Positions 51,778-62,744 of a stretch of 64,000 bases of DNA are shown here, piece after piece. Position 1 is the stretch's first letter. Each line of letters opens with the position of its first letter. A model generated the notes under the pieces. It was not told the origin of the DNA. It did not search any database and saw only the letters and a list, made by a program, of their open reading frames with translations. The stretch is from Rhizodiscina lignyota (taxonomy: Eukaryota): positions 868,001 to 932,000 of the forward strand of contig ML978131.1 of the NCBI GenBank assembly GCA_010015805.1. The letters are read 5' to 3'. The translations under genes and the position numbers were made by a program.

Positions 51778-52790
51778 GATGATTTAATGTGTAGTGTAGT
51801 TACGTGATGAGTATAAAAGTGACGACAATGAAATGATGAGTGGAATTGCTTGGATATAATCGCGCAGGTGATGAATTGTGAGAGATGTAAGAAAGGTGTC
51901 GGAAAGGGTTTCGTAATTGCTATATAAAAGTGCCATGTAGTGCTCTGTGTGGCTGTACCACCAAAGTCACAAAAAAGGAGTCGCAGCAACCAGTCTAGTC
52001 ATACCGTGAGTCACAAATCAGCCATCTTTTCCATCGGGGCTCGGGCAATAATTAATATGGGACTAAGTCACTGATGCTTGGGCAATTTTCCCTTCAGTCT
52101 TCGATCAAGTGTCTGTTGTGACCCTTTACGGGAAGTTAAGTGTCCTGAGTGTGACAGCCCGGGCAGGGTAGTACCGAGTTTTAGGTGGCTTTGGCCCCTA
52201 GAATTGGTCGATCTCCCGGTGCTCCGCCTTTGCTCTGGTGGCTTGGCGCGTCCGTGGCTTAAATCAACGTCGGCTCACTCGGTACTTTCAATTTGCGCTT
52301 AACAACTTGCAAAATACGATCAATAAATATGACACTCGTCAGCCTATACTCAAGTAGCTAATCAAGGCCATCGGCGACCTACAGTACATCAAGCCCAGCG
52401 CGTACCTGCTGCATGGCAAGCACAGGGACCAGAGCGCGGAAATCGACCAGCTCGTAAGTGTTCTGCATATGTACCAAGGTTCGGAAGACGGCCGAAGTCA
52501 CCCAGCAGGCGCGTAGTGCTGCCGGCATGATTGCGATGCTGGATGCTGGCGCTTAATGTAGTCTACGCCGTACAGTACTGGTCTACTTTCTATTCGGAAC
52601 CTTATTTGAATTCGCGACGCACCCTTCTGCTTTCGTCTTTCCAGTTTCACTGTCAACTGATGTGTGCAGCTTCTTTCGCATCTCGAAAACCCTCCCAGAG
52701 TCAGCGCAAATGCTAAAATCGTCTCTAATAAAAAGTTTGTCGACTGGGACGCGAAGATCCCATTCGGAATCCCGTCGACAAAAGGGAAAT

Positions 52791-54494
52791 TCACCGACAC
52801 CCCTTTATCTCTCGCAAAATGGTCAACATACTCCCTGGCCACCACTGCCCCTGGCCATGAGCGCCATCAGGCCACAATCTAGTCACAAAATGGTCACCAT
52901 ATCTGTTCATCATTCCCGTAAGCGTCACAACCGGCAGCGTTCCAATCCACCATGACTCTTCCTCCACCAAAAACATGAGAACGGACCAATGCGCATAAAT
53001 GTCTAGCGCAAGTGCTTGCTCCTTTGTCAATTGCGTCGATATGTCTGCAGACGGGGTACCGATTGATCTTTCAAGTCTCTCGTCGAGAAGTGGAAGTACG
53101 AGGTCAAGGTATGCTTGCGGAGCCTGAGAAAGGAAACCGAGAAAAGGCCTTGTCAGTGGTTCTGTTGGCTCCGGAATCATATGCCTGCCTGCAATGGCCC
53201 GAAGCCATGGTCCCGCATGCGGTAGCGAGACTGATTCGGACTTCAAGGACTTCTTGGCCGTAGGTTCTATAGATCGCGGTGCAGACGAATTTGATGGGGA
53301 GAAAGCGTTGGTTCTGATGTTGACTAGGAGTTCGAAAGCGGCGGCGCAGGCAGACAATTGAGCATCGGTACATCGCCCCCCCTCATAACAAGCATTGCTG
53401 TGGCAGAGAGACTCCAGGCGTTCTCGAAGCTTGGAGAATGCTCCTTGACTGGTCGCAGCCAGTATCGGGAACATGACATGTTTACGCGATGAAGGCGGAG
53501 CTGCTGAGATATTGAATCCTAGCAACGGCGACGACCTATCTGTTGTGGATTCCGTTTCTTGGGGTGTGCCCAAATCGCGGCAATCCAACGATTGGAGAGT
53601 CGCTCTTATCCCCCGCATCATGACTATTACATCTCTTGGAGTTGCTGATAGGAGTTTGTGCGACTCTTGCCTCCCACTCTTCCTCGAGATCCAATGATTT
53701 ATTTGCTGACTCGCAGCAGTGAACGGTACTAACATCAAGGCACTCACCAAGAGAGGTTCCGTCCTTAGAGCATCCGGCTGTGAGATCAATTCTCTCATCT
53801 GCTCGCTCGCCAGATTGTAGAGTCGATAACCAGTCATCAAGACTTGATTGACAGCATCCAACTTGGGAGGAGGTTCTTTGGAGATCATATCGCAGCACAG
53901 ACAGACTGCGGAGAGTGCTAGCAGTGAATGGAAGACAGTTTCGCTCTTCAATGCCAGAGTTGGGATACCAATCTGCAAGGAGCCATAGTCTCTTTGGCAG
54001 TGAGTCAATGTACGACTCGTATGTTCCAGGTAATGGTGATATAGGTCGGCATCTGACGGTGGCAGAGCAGCATCCGCAGCATCGGAGCAACGTGTCGCTT
54101 CCACAACTGCCGGAGTTGACCGAGTTGATGTTTTGAAGGATGGCGAGGCTTCCGAGAATGAAGAAGTACATGGCGATAAAGAAAGAACACTGCAAGGCGG
54201 GCTCGGTAAGGATAGTTTGTCCATTGGCTCATTTGCAGCAGAGAACACGGCCGGTGGGTAAGCGCATTTCTGTAGAGACAATTCGCAACGGGTGCAAGAC
54301 GGTTTCAGCTCATCACACTGGAAGGTATCAGCTATGTCGGCGTTTACATCTCCAGGCATGTAGTTGCTCACCTTGACTTTCCGCCGCTTGCACGCGAAGC
54401 ATCCCATCCTGGACTTTCGATGCGCGCGTCTCGTTCGAAACATGACGGAGCGTTTACTTTGTTCTTCGGGATCGACCATTTCTCTGATTGACAT
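52791..54494 (-). CDS. Zn(II)2Cys6 transcription factor, Upc2-like family; intron 54318-54371
   Basis: After splicing: RRAHRKSRMGCFACKRRKVK|CDELKPSCTRCELSLQKCAY. Also LYHHYLEHTSRTL, IPTLA...VFHSLLALSA and ALDIYAHW...SWW, typical of the Upc2-like C-terminal region. Confidence 0.9.
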   Translation of the reverse strand: MSIREMVDPEEQSKRSVMFRTRRAHRKSRMGCFACKRRKVKVSNYMPGDVNADIADTFQCDELKPSCTRCELSLQKCAYPPAVFSAANEPMDKLSLPSPPCSVLSLSPCTSSFSEASPSFKTSTRSTPAVVEATRCSDAADAALPPSDADLYHHYLEHTSRTLTHCQRDYGSLQIGIPTLALKSETVFHSLLALSAVCLCCDMISKEPPPKLDAVNQVLMTGYRLYNLASEQMRELISQPDALRTEPLLVSALMLVPFTAASQQINHWISRKSGRQESHKLLSATPRDVIVMMRGIRATLQSLDCRDLGTPQETESTTDRSSPLLGFNISAAPPSSRKHVMFPILAATSQGAFSKLRERLESLCHSNACYEGGRCTDAQLSACAAAFELLVNIRTNAFSPSNSSAPRSIEPTAKKSLKSESVSLPHAGPWLRAIAGRHMIPEPTEPLTRPFLGFLSQAPQAYLDLVLPLLDERLERSIGTPSADISTQLTKEQALALDIYAHWSVLMFLVEEESWWIGTLPVVTLTGMMNRYGDHFVTRLWPDGAHGQGQWWPGSMLTILREIKGCR

Positions 54495-54799
54495 TTGCCC
54501 GAGCAGCGCATGCGTTGCATACTTATAACTTCACGTTACCAATCGCCAAGCCTTTGCTGCGGCTCATTGCCTATGAAAACGATCGTCAGGTCCGGCTAGT
54601 CCCCATTCGGCTTGGCAGTTGCTTCGCCGCATCCTCACTTGGTTAAGTTGCCCTTGGCCTCGGACACTTTTCTCAGCTTTCTCCCGCAATTTGGAATTGT
54701 GCTGACTCTTCTTGTGATGACTCTTCATGTGCGCCTTGCAGGTCCCAGGGATTGTAATCACGCTTTCGTGTACATCTGCATTCTAGAAAGTCAGATGTC

Positions 54800-55992
54800 G
54801 ATGTTATGCACACCCTCAAGCGACGCAGACACTCAACGTCACCAGCTAGAGTAGCATTACTACTTACCAAGGTTCCATTCAACTTCACCGATTGTCTTGG
54901 CAGCAATCCAACAGAGCACAAAATGAACTAGCATGCCAGAATCAACAATGACAGCCATAGAAGACTTGACGTATGCTCAAACTTACAAGTCGTTGTTCGC
55001 TGGCTTGCCTATCAACGCACCAAGACTCACAAACTCCCCAACCATGGTTGTCTCCTTGATCTTCTCAGCGTACGCCAACATGTCCCGCTCAAAGTATCCC
55101 CTCTCTTGAAGATCTGTTGAATATCGCTTCGCGAAGCTTGAACGAGGTTGCAGCTGCCGCTATTATTGAACCTTCGCGGGCCGTTGCTCGAAGCGTGTTC
55201 CAAGCTAAAGGCTCGCTGTCTGGTTCCTCTAAACTTTCTACTTTGGAATGAACTGGTCGACACAATTCCCACGACCAGGTCTCCGTACTCCGAGGGAGCT
55301 GCGAACGACAATATAGATCTCAGCGAGTGCCCAACGAGGATAATCTTTTCGAAGTTTGGAACATCAACATCCTGACAGCTCCTCGGCGACAGAATGAGGG
55401 CGCCGATACGAGCGAGGGTGGTGATTCTTTTGAGAAACTCGATCTCTACAGGCCCTTCCATCGACGTTGTATGCGTCTGGCTTGCCTGGCTTGCTAACGC
55501 CGAGTCGGTCGTAAGTGAGGGTTGAATAGCCCCGCGTTTAGAGCTGCATCGACATACGAATAGCACTCTGGATGAACCTTCGCGTCCTAATACCTTTGAG
55601 AAAGATATTAGCTTCGCCGCCACTGTCACCAAGAAAACTATGCCGCCTACGTTTTATCGAAGCCGAACCCATGTGTCGCAATCTGCAAGATATTCGCCTT
55701 TTCCGAGTGTTTTGGCACACAGCGCGGCGCGCTAATACCGAAGTTCCGTTGCACAATCTTCACAGCCGTAATGCGTTCCGTCAAGTGTAGTACCGACCAT
55801 CTGTCAAGATTCCAGATGAAGTCTACTGCGTATATGTTGTTGTCGACTCGCAGAACGTCATCGACAGGATTGTTCACTTTCACAAGCACCGACAGTTCGA
55901 GATCGATACAAAGTTTATGGTTAGAGGTAGGAGCCGCTCTGGAAGACTTGATTAGAATGAAGCCCAATGTAACGACGAGAAAGGGAGGCCAT
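54800..55992 (-). pseudogene. Pseudogenised paralogue of the adjacent secreted alpha/beta hydrolase (3' end approximate)
   Basis: Fragments align to 56562..57755: MAS-, LQIATHGFGFDKT|Y*D, YSYVDAALNAG-fs-YSTLTYDRLGV, KIILVGHSL, DIQQIF. It has a W->TAG stop at 55587-55589, several frameshifts and an intron at 55594-55650. Confidence 0.85.
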
Positions 55993-56142
55993 CTTTGAGG
56001 CTTCCGAATGATAACTGTTGCACTGTCAAGTTCTAATGGTTCTTTGTTGGGAAACATGACATTCTCTCTATTTGAATACAATCAACTTGAGCCTGAGCCG
56101 GAGCATACAGATCCGTGGATTACAGCGGTGGTGTACCTGCAA

Positions 56143-56344
56143 ATACGCCAATTGTTACGGTACGGCGTTCTTTCGCGATCGTATTCACTGATCTCGCTTC
56201 TATACGACCACCTCCAGGAATTTGCTGTTCGGATGTTTGGCGACACGGATCCAATCAGCTGCTGACTTGGCGCCTTGGACTTGCTTGCAGGGGGCGTATT
56301 CGCAAAACTGGCCGGGGCGTATAGCGTATACATCACGTATACGA
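56143..56344. promoter_or_regulatory. Cluster of SRE-like (TCGTATA / CGTAT core) sites in the bidirectional promoter
   Basis: TATACGA (TCGTATA on the - strand) at 56201-56207 and 56338-56344. CGTAT/ATACG cores start at 56143, 56180, 56202, 56295, 56318, 56325, 56336 and 56339. TATATAAA at about 56467. Confidence 0.55.
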
Positions 56345-56561
56345 CCGACTCTTTGCTGTCAAGCAAGCCAAGTTGTCTAGTCCTATTGGCTCACTATCCG
56401 GTAAGTCATAGTCCAAAAAAAAACAAAAAAAAAGACCTTGAGGCGGCGCTGCTACCTTCTACGACTATATAAACCACCGGTTCTGCAGTCATTGCTTCTG
56501 CACATACATTGAATCCAAACTTCGCCCAACCTAATTGATTTCATCCCTTTACGCTCAGGCA

Positions 56562-57755
56562 ATGGCGTCCATTCTTACCATAGCCATCTTGCTACTTCTC
56601 CATCGTCGGACTTCAGCTTCGACGATCGATTCTTCCAAACGACCCCATGGATTTTGCAAACAATTGGATATTCCAGTGTTTGCTACCGCAGCCAGCGCAA
56701 TCTACGACATCCCAAGGGTGGACAATGATATCGAAGCGACAGCCTGGGCAATCTATGACGCCACTCGGGACACTCCGCATAACGTGCAGAACATCATCAA
56801 GAACACTACAACCTCTGGTATTTTCAATATCCATGCCCAACTGTGTGTTCCCAAGTCTTCCAAAAAGGAGGACGTCCTACAGATTGCCACCCACGGAGTG
56901 CATTACGACTCAAGATATTGGGATTCTGAATACCAACCAGAGAAACACTCTTATGTTGATGCAGCACTCAAAGCAGGATACTCCATCCTCACATACGATC
57001 GTTTGGGAGTTGGTCAATCCGACAAACCTGACGCCTACACCGTGACTCAAGCGCCTCTGGAACTGGAGATACTTCGACAATTGACCTTGATGGCGCGCAA
57101 CGGCACCTTATATAGCTTTGCAGGGAAAGCAAAACCTGTCGATGCAGCATTCAACACGTTGGCAAAACCAAAAAAGGTCGTACACCTCGGCCACAGTTTC
57201 GGATCCTTCCTCACCTCTGCATTCATTGCCAACTACGGTCCTCTGAGCGACGGGGCAATCATCACTGGTTATCTCCTAACCGAAAATCTCGCAAGCGCTG
57301 GGTCAACGTCGTTTAACGTCGAATACGCCGCCACGAGCTGTCCCCCCTTCGACCGACCAAGTGGCTACGTTGTGTGCCAGAAGAATGGCATCCAGAACAT
57401 TTTCTTCGGGGGGGATCTCAAAACCGCGTTCACACCAGAATTGCTCAACTATGGCAATGACATCAAGCAGCCCGTCCCGATTGGGGAGCTCGCGTCAGCC
57501 TTCTGGCTCCTAGGAAACTATGGGCCTTCCTTCAAAGCGCCGGTACAATATCTGTTGCCAGAGTTCGACTTTTACGTCTGTCGAGGTGATTGCAAGGGAT
57601 TGGCCAATGTGACGGCCTTGGCGCAAACCTACCCTAACGCCACTGATATCGAAGTCGCCATCCAGCCGAACACCGGCCATGCCTTGCCACTCCACAACAA
57701 TGCCACTGCTGGCTTCCAGCTCTCGTTCGATTTCTTGGCCAGGCATGGGCTATAG
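56562..57755 (+). CDS. Secreted alpha/beta hydrolase
   Basis: Signal peptide MASILTIAILLLL, LQIATHG, YDRLGVGQS, nucleophile elbow GHSFGS and catalytic His in NTGHALPLH. Intronless. Confidence 0.9.
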   Translation: MASILTIAILLLLHRRTSASTIDSSKRPHGFCKQLDIPVFATAASAIYDIPRVDNDIEATAWAIYDATRDTPHNVQNIIKNTTTSGIFNIHAQLCVPKSSKKEDVLQIATHGVHYDSRYWDSEYQPEKHSYVDAALKAGYSILTYDRLGVGQSDKPDAYTVTQAPLELEILRQLTLMARNGTLYSFAGKAKPVDAAFNTLAKPKKVVHLGHSFGSFLTSAFIANYGPLSDGAIITGYLLTENLASAGSTSFNVEYAATSCPPFDRPSGYVVCQKNGIQNIFFGGDLKTAFTPELLNYGNDIKQPVPIGELASAFWLLGNYGPSFKAPVQYLLPEFDFYVCRGDCKGLANVTALAQTYPNATDIEVAIQPNTGHALPLHNNATAGFQLSFDFLARHGL

Positions 57756-58920
57756 TTTGTTCGGATGCTGCGACGATTGTAGCAGCTACTGTTCAGACCT
57801 GAAGTCACCTCAGCACCTGCATGGCGCAAAACCGGCTCTCCACAAGCCATAATGTATGTAATTGTATAGTACGCCCTTACTGGGAAAGACAGCGTTTAAT
57901 TCACTAAATTCTGTGGCACGGCAATGCTCCAATATTTACACAACTCAACAGCTACCTTTAACAGTGCGCTCCGTCCCGGCATCTTTCCAGACAAACTTCA
58001 CACAATTGTGCTCTACTAAAGCTCTGTCCTTAGACGACATAGAAACTTAATTATGGTCGTAGCTATTTGCTAATATTATCAGACATGAGGTGAAGTTACT
58101 TCTAATTCCGCGCGTTTGTCAACATGGACCACGGGCGTATAAGGTACCTTATGCTACGGTTCCGGATTTCCGCGTGCTCGTCGCTCGTCATCTTTCTCCC
58201 CACACAGACCACTATCCGGGCCCACCTTTGACAGTGGACACTGGAGAGGGAGTTCACTCTTTGTCAGGAGTTAATCAGTGCGCCTTAGCTCTCTCCTGTA
58301 TATAACCTAGCATTTCCTACAGAGCATCCTTCCTCAATCAACTCTCATTAATCATTCGTCCTCCGACACGCTTCTTGCTCATGTTTCCTTGATTATGCTA
58401 TCTTACTGTTTTAAGGCTCTGTTAAGGCATTCGCTTTGCGTTGACATTAATGGCACTCCAAGCCACTAAAGAGACTGGGGAAATTGATATGTTGAATGGA
58501 CATGAGTAAGGCGAACTGTTACCACAGCCAGACCAAAAATGAGCATTGCTAGTATAATGACGAAAATTGGTATGATGAAGTTTTAGAGCTACTTAGTTAG
58601 AAGATAGCAAAGGCAGACAATATGGACACGGCATTCATTGTCTAGCTCATTCATTCCGAGAACTAGCCTACAGCACTATCATTCTCCGAGCTCGCTGGAT
58701 CCTGAACACCTGGAAAATCTGAGTTCCTCAATGGCTGCGTCTGATAGACAACGCGTCATCAAACACCATCAGCCTCTGGCATACGAATAGGCATCCCACC
58801 CCAGTTCGGCTTCACTCCAATTTGTGCCTCCTTTTGTTGGGCTTCCGGAGTACGAGCCTCTTTCAGCCGCTCTATCATCCAGTCGACACTTCTGCATCCA
58901 GAGCCACTTCGGAATCGTTG

Positions 58921-61900
58921 TTACAGATGGAAAACGTTCGCTTTTGCATTATACTTGGTGAGCAGCGAGAGAATCTTAGATGTATCGCGGTCGACGTAGG
59001 TGAATTTTCGTTCGACCAATAGTCTGTCTTCAATCTCGGCGTCCGAGAGATTGGCAAGTTCAGGAGTACGGTGCGGATAGCAGTAGCGCCAGTGTAACTT
59101 GTCTAGCGGAGTCCTGCCGTACGCATCCCTAATATTTGGATCTGCACCTTGGCCGAGGAGTAATTGGACAACTTCGTAGTTGCCAGCTTCCACAGCCATT
59201 CCCAGGACAGTTGAACGATCCGGTCCTGATGTGCTGTCGAGGTACTTTGTCTTTCTGTACTTTGAGAGGAGCATTGAAATCATGGCCGTTGTAATTTCCA
59301 TATTATGACGGTCTTCACTGAAACGTGTTGCTGCCATGTGAAGAGCAGAAGCTGCCGATTTGAAGCGGGAAGCCATGAAGCCATCCGAACCTCGATTAGG
59401 AAGGCTGAGAAGGAATTCAACTCGTTTTGCCGCGTTCCTAGTGTGCCTCCAAATCATTGCTCCAAGAGCAGTCATGGGGTATGATGTTGGCATCCAGTCT
59501 CTGTCCGCCCCCATCTCGAACAGGAATCGCGCAACCTTGAGATTGCCAGAATAGACTGCCATGTAGAATGTCTGGATTCCGACGTTATCAGTCGGATCGA
59601 CTGGGACACCAGCTTTGAGCAGCTCGTCAACAAAGAATACGTCGTCGCTTTCCCTTGCGGCTCGTACCAGTGGAGTCATAAAGTGCTTGTCCTGGGCCCA
59701 GATGTTCGCACCATGAGCAAGTAGCGTAGAAAACATGTCTCGATCTCCGTAGGTGATTGCCAGACATAGGGCGTTACCTCTAGATGATTCCAGTCCGAAG
59801 GTGCTGTCGATTTGGTCGTCAAAACCGAGCTCAAGGCAGGATTTCATCACATCTGCATTGCAGTGGTGGAATGCCGTTGCGAAGATGGCCGACATCGAGA
59901 GATCATCAGCCTTCAGCACACAATCATACGGTTTTTTGGAACCTGAAAGCAGCCGAATTGTCTCTCGCATCGAATGCTCGAAGCCAACGCCGGAATGGAG
60001 CAAACGTTGCAAGCGGGTCTTGGTACCGAGGACGACGAAGTGCGGTCTACACCTAACTGTGACAGAATCTTCCACCTTCAGAGTATGAAATGCGTCCACC
60101 AATGCCTTTCCGATATCATTCTCAATGAAAAGTTTCAGCACAGTGTATCTGGCAAGACTGCAGGCATACTCAAACACGTTGAACCCGGCTGTTGGTGAGT
60201 TCGCCGGAAACTCTATCGTAATATCGGCACCAAGTCGCAGCAAAACACGGACGGCACTGAGGTCATTCTGAGCCACTGCCCAGTGCAAGGGAGTACCACT
60301 GAGTGGAGTGTCGTACACGCTTCTGATCACTGCCGTATTCCCGGTGTTCGAGATTGCATTCACGTCAGCTCCACATTCTAAGAGCCGAGATGCGATATAA
60401 AGATGTTCATCCTCTTCGAATGAAACGAGCCAATGCAGAGGTGTAATGGCAAAGTTTCCGTGGATCTTTGGGTCCGCACCACGTCGAAGAAGCTCCTTAG
60501 TAATGACAGCATTCCCGTAGCGACATGCTAGTGAGAGCGGTGTGTCACCGCACGGGAAAGACTGATCTACAAGATGCGGTGAAGTTTCCAGCAGTGATTC
60601 CAAAAGTGGCGGCATGTCATTAATTATTGCAAAGCGGATGAAAGAGTGGCGCCAAGATATCCAGTCGAGGAGGTGGTGGCAGCCACACTCTTCGCCAGGG
60701 GCTCGTCGGTTTCTGCATTCAAAGCAATCCACAAATGAGCCTTGCAGTCGCAACCGTCTTAAACGCTCCGAATATTCTGTGCCAGAGCAGTCCCTCAGCT
60801 TCTTTAGAGACTGCTTGTTCCCAGGGAGTGCCGAATTGAAGCACCACTCCACCAATGTAGGATTATCTGGCTCGGATCGATTACCAAGCAACTCTGAGAA
60901 GACATCGACGTAGAGGAATTGAGCACCAGTATGGTCCAGTTTAGCGGCTTCCATGACTTGGGCTGCCGCGTCTTCTAAGCTAAAGTCCGTCCCAATGCCA
61001 TTCGTATAGAGGCAGGCCAGGCCTAGGTGAGCGAGAGATTTACGAGATTCCTCGTTTTCCGCGTCACAGACTTTGAGCAGGTTCGCAAAAATGGCGGTCT
61101 GGATGCATGGATGCATCTTCTGCAGGGTAACGGAGATTCTCGAGAACTTCATTCATGGGTTAGCCTTCGAGACCCGTTAGAATATGTCAACCAGGGAAAC
61201 TGACGTCCGGTATTGATGGCCTAGAAAACTGGAACTGAGCTACCCCAAGGGACTGAAGGTCTCTGATACCATTAGTTGTAGAATTGTTGCACTGGTGAAG
61301 AAGCTTACCCAGAATTAGTTGATAATGAGCTAAACCCAAGCCTCATTGACTCATCAAGCAATCCCATGCATTCTCGAAAAAGAGACAAAGTCGCCGATGC
61401 ATTCGGTTCAAGTCCACTGGCCTTATGCGATGTAGCTAGCGTAGCTGACCTTGCATATATCCTTGCCAACATTTCCTTCTTTAGAGTCTTCACCGACGGC
61501 ATCTGAAGACCACGCGCTGCAAAGCTTGAGCAATAGCTGTTCGTCAACCGTCTCGCAAAGTCTCTCACAGCCTTCCGTTGATGTTGCGACGGACCCCGCA
61601 AACCTCTGACACGTCGACTCGCTGACGCTGTTGAGACCGCTGGCAGTAATCTTGGATCGCTGGACTGTAGATATGTGAGAACTCGTCCAATTGTAGCAGG
61701 CCGATGTGCCGGGTTCGGCTGAAGAGAATAGGCCAGGATTTTGCAGATTGTGAATAATGGAAATTCCTCGTCTTTCATGCTTTGTAGAAGACTGATCTGA
61801 GTGGCGACAGCTGGGAGGCCAGATGCTTTGAGACCACGGATTTGGTCTCGATCTTTTACATTCGTAGACTCGTAGAAATGCTTGCCATTGTTGAACACTG

Positions 61901-62744
61901 TAAATATTAGGAGTCCAAATGAATAAATGTCCAACTGATGGATAAAACGTCGATCGAGTGTTTGAATGGCCTCAGGAGCTTCTAGGTACCGTGGGGTCCC
62001 CACAACGTGATCCTCGTTAGCCGTGGAAGAGTAGTCAAAGCCCCTTAGCTTCACCACGAATTTTCGAGTGGCGTCTTTGCAGACAACCAGGTTCGAGGGC
62101 TTAAGATCTCCATGAATGATTCCACATTCGTGGAGCGCTTGAACTCCGCGTGCAGCATCAATGAGGATGTCCAGTTTATCTTCGATTGATCTAGCGTAGC
62201 CTTGCTTCTGATAGCTCTGGACACTGCCCAGTTCCGGGTATTCAAGTACCAAAGCTGGAAGTATGTGACTGTTGCCATATTCTCCTGCATCGAAGTACGC
62301 TATAGCTAAGAGGTCGACAACGTTTTCATGCTTTCGGATGGGGCCATGTCGAAGAATCTGAAGCTCCGTGGCCATGTCAGAATACATGTCTCCGTTCTCA
62401 ATGGCATCTCCAGGTACTCGTGGGTGTTTCGCTATGACAAATTCCCTGTTCTTGAGAATATCTTTTTTCAATCCAGGGGGACAGGTGCTTGTTCGGACTT
62501 TTCGAACGTGACACAACGATCCTCCACCCATGCTTGCGTCATCGAAACCTGGGTCTTTGTTCAACAGGAAAGGATAAAAATCGACAGATACATCTGAATC
62601 ATGTTGAAAACAAATAGCCAGGAAGGCGATGAGGTCTGGGCATCGGGAAATGCGCTTCGTAACGGCTCCAAGTGGGTTTTGCAGATTCTCAGAGGCCTCT
62701 TGAGGTTCCGTTGCGGCCAAACAGGACGATTCGCTAGAGTCCAT
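58921..62744 (-). CDS. Kinase-like + Sel1-like + ankyrin-repeat fusion protein; exons 62744-61309, 61262-61205, 61146-58921
   Basis: Kinase: GGGSLCHV, IAKHP, HENVVDLL, HGDLKPSNL, GTPRYLEAPE, DIYSFGLL. Two GT-AG introns (61263-61308, 61147-61204) join it in frame (…NSG DLQSLG…SIPD FSRIS…) to a Sel1-like repeat (LACLYTNGIGT) and multiple ankyrin repeats (GDTPLSLAC, TPLHW, GTPLHWAV, GRTPLD). Start ATG inferred at MDSSESS. Confidence 0.8.
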
